A stretch of DNA of 64,000 bases. It comes from the human T2T-CHM13v2.0 reference genome, Homo sapiens. The notes beneath the pieces are model-generated. The model was given only the letters and a program-made list of their open reading frames with translations. It was not told where the DNA came from and made no database searches. The DNA is taken from the NCBI RefSeq assembly GCF_009914755.1, contig NC_060941.1; one strand, given 5' to 3'. This document shows positions 61,350-64,000 of this stretch, one piece after another. The position numbers were made by a program, and so were the translations under genes. How positions within the stretch are numbered: the stretch's first letter is position 1; every line of letters starts with the position of its first letter.

Positions 61350-61720
61350 ATAGCCTGCCTCAAACTCAGTGTATCACAAACTTCTGCATCTTCTCCTCCA
61401 TGGCTGACCCTCTCATCTTCCCAGTAAAACCTTCCAGTCATCTCTGACCTTTCTTTCTGACTCCTCACTCCTATCAGTTGCCAAATCTTGTCAGTTACAC
61501 TCTCCCTGCGTCACTTCCATCTGTCTCTCCCTTTTGCTCCACTTGACGCTCTGTCAGTCGCCTGAATTATTTTGCAACAGCCTCCTGACACCACTCCCAG
61601 CTCAGCTCTTGCCCTTCTGATTGCTCTCACACATGTGAGTCTCCGAAGCTTGGCTCTGTCCACTTCCTTGGCTATTCATTGTTTTCTCTCCTTTCAGCCC
61701 TTAGGGGTCCAGCCTCACCC
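61350..61720 (+). mobile_element. L2 fragment
   Basis: cctcaaactca...ccaaatcttgtcag...ttgcaacagcctcctga. Confidence 0.65.
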
Positions 61721-61749
61721 ACATGACTCAAAAGGGGGCAGCCTGAGAG

Positions 61750-62228
61750 GTGATTGAACTGGTGGGGGGAGAGAAACTTTAATTCAAATTGGGCCAGTTC
61801 CCCCCACCCCGCAGAAATTTGGAATGGGTGGGGATTGAGGAGGGCCATTTGAGAGACTGAGCAAGCTTGCTCTGGGAATCAAGCTCTGAGATTCCATAGA
61901 CTTAGGGTTAGACTTGACATCTCAGCAAGTCAAGGCCATGTGCAAGCCATAGCTGTTTGGACAGAAACCCTGAGTAAATCAAGAATGACAGCCTGCAAAG
62001 GGAAGAGAAAAATGAAGCAGATATGTACAGAATCAGACAACGGACCCTGTAGAAGGTGAGAGAGAAGCGAGGAGGATGGAGAAGTGCTCCCCCAAAATAT
62101 TCCAATTTCCAGGAACCCCAGTGCTTTATTTTTTGAGATACTTTCCTTCATTCTTTTAACAAACTACCTTTTTACATTAATGAGTTTGAACAAATTTCTG
62201 TTTCTTGCAAACTATGGATCCCTAACAT
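61750..62228 (+). mobile_element. Old MLT1-like LTR
   Basis: 3' end tttctgtttcttgcaa...ccctaac. Confidence 0.45.
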
Positions 62229-62273
62229 GCTGCTCGTCCATCTCAAATGAGGCCACCTCCAAAAAGTCTTCAA

Positions 62274-62768
62274 TCTTAGTTGGGGGTTCCCTGAAAGCAG
62301 AACCTGAGACAAGGACTGGGAGGAGGTAGTTATGGGGAAGGTGGCGTCCAGGAAAGAGAAGCAAGGGAGCTGGAAGAATGAGACAGGGAAGGAAAAAAGC
62401 CAATCAAGTGTGCTTTAGTGGGCTGGTCACCCAGCTGGGCTCAAAGCTGCTGCAGACCCTTGAGGTGCCATATTGAATGTGCCTCAGACTTGTCCTTTTA
62501 AAGGGTGGGAGAGTTGGGCATTGTCTACCAACTTCTGTCCCTTGTTGGTTGAAGGTAGTCCCTGGGGATGTGAACTCTTCTGCAACGTTGGACGGTACCT
62601 GTAAGGACTGCAGGCATTCTCCTGCTTTAGAGAAAGCCCCAAGACAGAAAAGTGGAGAGATGAGGTAGAATGCTGTCAGCATGCATGGGAGCCTTCCTTC
62701 CACCATCACTGCAGCTGAAATTGTGGATGGAGAGGGGATTGTATCACCAGGCACCAAAAGCATCTGCA
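62274..62768 (-). mobile_element. LTR33-like ERVL solo LTR
   Basis: gggttccctgaaagcagaacctgagacaagga...ctgcagctgaaat...ggcaccaaaagcatctgc. Confidence 0.75.
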
Positions 62769-63069
62769 AAGTCTTACAGACTCCTCTATTGTTTATATAC
62801 CTAGGCATTCCCCTTGATGCCAACAGAACACTCTCTAGTCCAGACCAAACTCGCCTGCCCCAGCTCAGCCTTCCTGATGGAAGCTCCTTGACTTATTTTT
62901 GCAACTAATGTTAACTTTAAGCAACCTAAGGCTTCCCCAGTTACCACTGTCAACCAGGGCACACCAGGAAGGGGATGCCTGATCTGACCCTACCCTTGGA
63001 AACCCCACCCAGTTCTAACATGGAAAACACTGGCAGGTTATTGATCTTCTCTGTCTGCAAGTGGTCCAG

Positions 63070-63232
63070 CCATTACCACCCACAAGTCTCAGCTCTGCGC
63101 TTGACCAGCTATGCAGTTTGACTGAATGACCTACTCAGCTTTCTTAGCCTCTGTTTTCCTGATAGGTAGAAATGGAGCTCATATTTATCTTGGAGGCTTG
63201 CTGGGAGCATTGCATAAGGCAATGAGTGAGAG
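63070..63232 (+). mobile_element. MIR
   Basis: ctcagctctgcgcttgaccagct...agcctctgttttcct. Confidence 0.55.
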
Positions 63233-63399
63233 ACTCTAGTAAGGGAGCAGATGGGTTGTATCAGTGTGTGTTAGCTCTTCCCTTCTCCAGGGATATGCAT
63301 TTTGGAAGAAAGATTGCTTTGCCTGCAAAATATATGCTCTCCTTTTCTTCTTGGAAGAGCATCTTCATTTTCTCTTGGGAAACCACCACTTCTCCACTC

Positions 63400-63803
63400 T
63401 GTTCTTGTTCAGACATGGCTGCCCCACCCCTCCTTCCCTAGGAGTGGAGCACCTGGGCAATCAGACACGTGGTGGTTGTTTCAAAAGGGCCACATACCCA
63501 AAGGTGTCAGGACTTTAGTATAAACTATTGGGAAAGAGAAATCTCTTTCTACGTAGCTTCTAAGTAGCTGGAACATGCACCTGGAGCTGTGCAGTCCATC
63601 TCATCATGATGATGGAAATATCTGCTGAGCGTGAAGCCCACGTGGTGGAATATATTGCTGAAAGATGGTAAAAAATGACCGAATCCTCGTGGCACCTCTT
63701 GGAGGCCTGACTCTGACCAAAATAAGAATTTCTGGTTACTTGGGTGAATAAATGCTTGAGTTGGGTTCCTGTTGCCTATAACCTCCAAAGTCATAGCTGA
63801 TAT
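63400..63803 (+). mobile_element. MLT1J/K-like LTR
   Basis: aactattgggaaagag...cctggagctg...ttgagttgggttcctgttgcc. Confidence 0.55.
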
Positions 63804-64000
63804 AGCATTTGACTTCCTGAGGACTATATGCTCAGCTGCAGGAGCTGGGGAGGTAGCAAGTGTGAGGCCAGGGACAAGCAGGTGGCCCACAGTCCACTTC
63901 TATTGGGTCTTGGTGTGTTTCCACCAACCTATTGATTCCCTCTTGGAAGGGATCCCAAGTCAGGGAAGACCAGCCACTTCCAGGAAGGGGTGGGGAGGTA

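Overview
Primate (human-like) genomic DNA. The window holds the last three coding exons and 3' UTR of the deubiquitinase gene USP43 (+ strand; recalled as human 17p13.1), then about 36 kb of repeat-rich downstream DNA. About 50 Alus are present, with L1, L2, MIR, DNA transposons (MER1, MER6, MER20, MER58, MER63, MADE1/2), MaLR/ERVL LTRs, an LTR22 solo LTR, STRs and a 33-bp AT-rich VNTR. I found no new protein-coding gene and no clearly novel biological system. Best leads: (1) three local duplications not explained by retrotransposition (72 bp direct; ~230 bp and ~130 bp inverted) within ~15 kb; (2) a ~4.8 kb degenerate ERV-L-like gag-pro-pol remnant with MIR and L2 nested inside its pol, implying great age; (3) two phase-symmetric USP43 exons flanked by inverted Alus that would form a stop-free circle; (4) a chain of strong orphan exon-like units downstream of the gene; (5) an LTR-borne CTCF motif. 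Repeat families and homologies were assigned by eye from remembered consensus sequences, and repeat boundaries are approximate.
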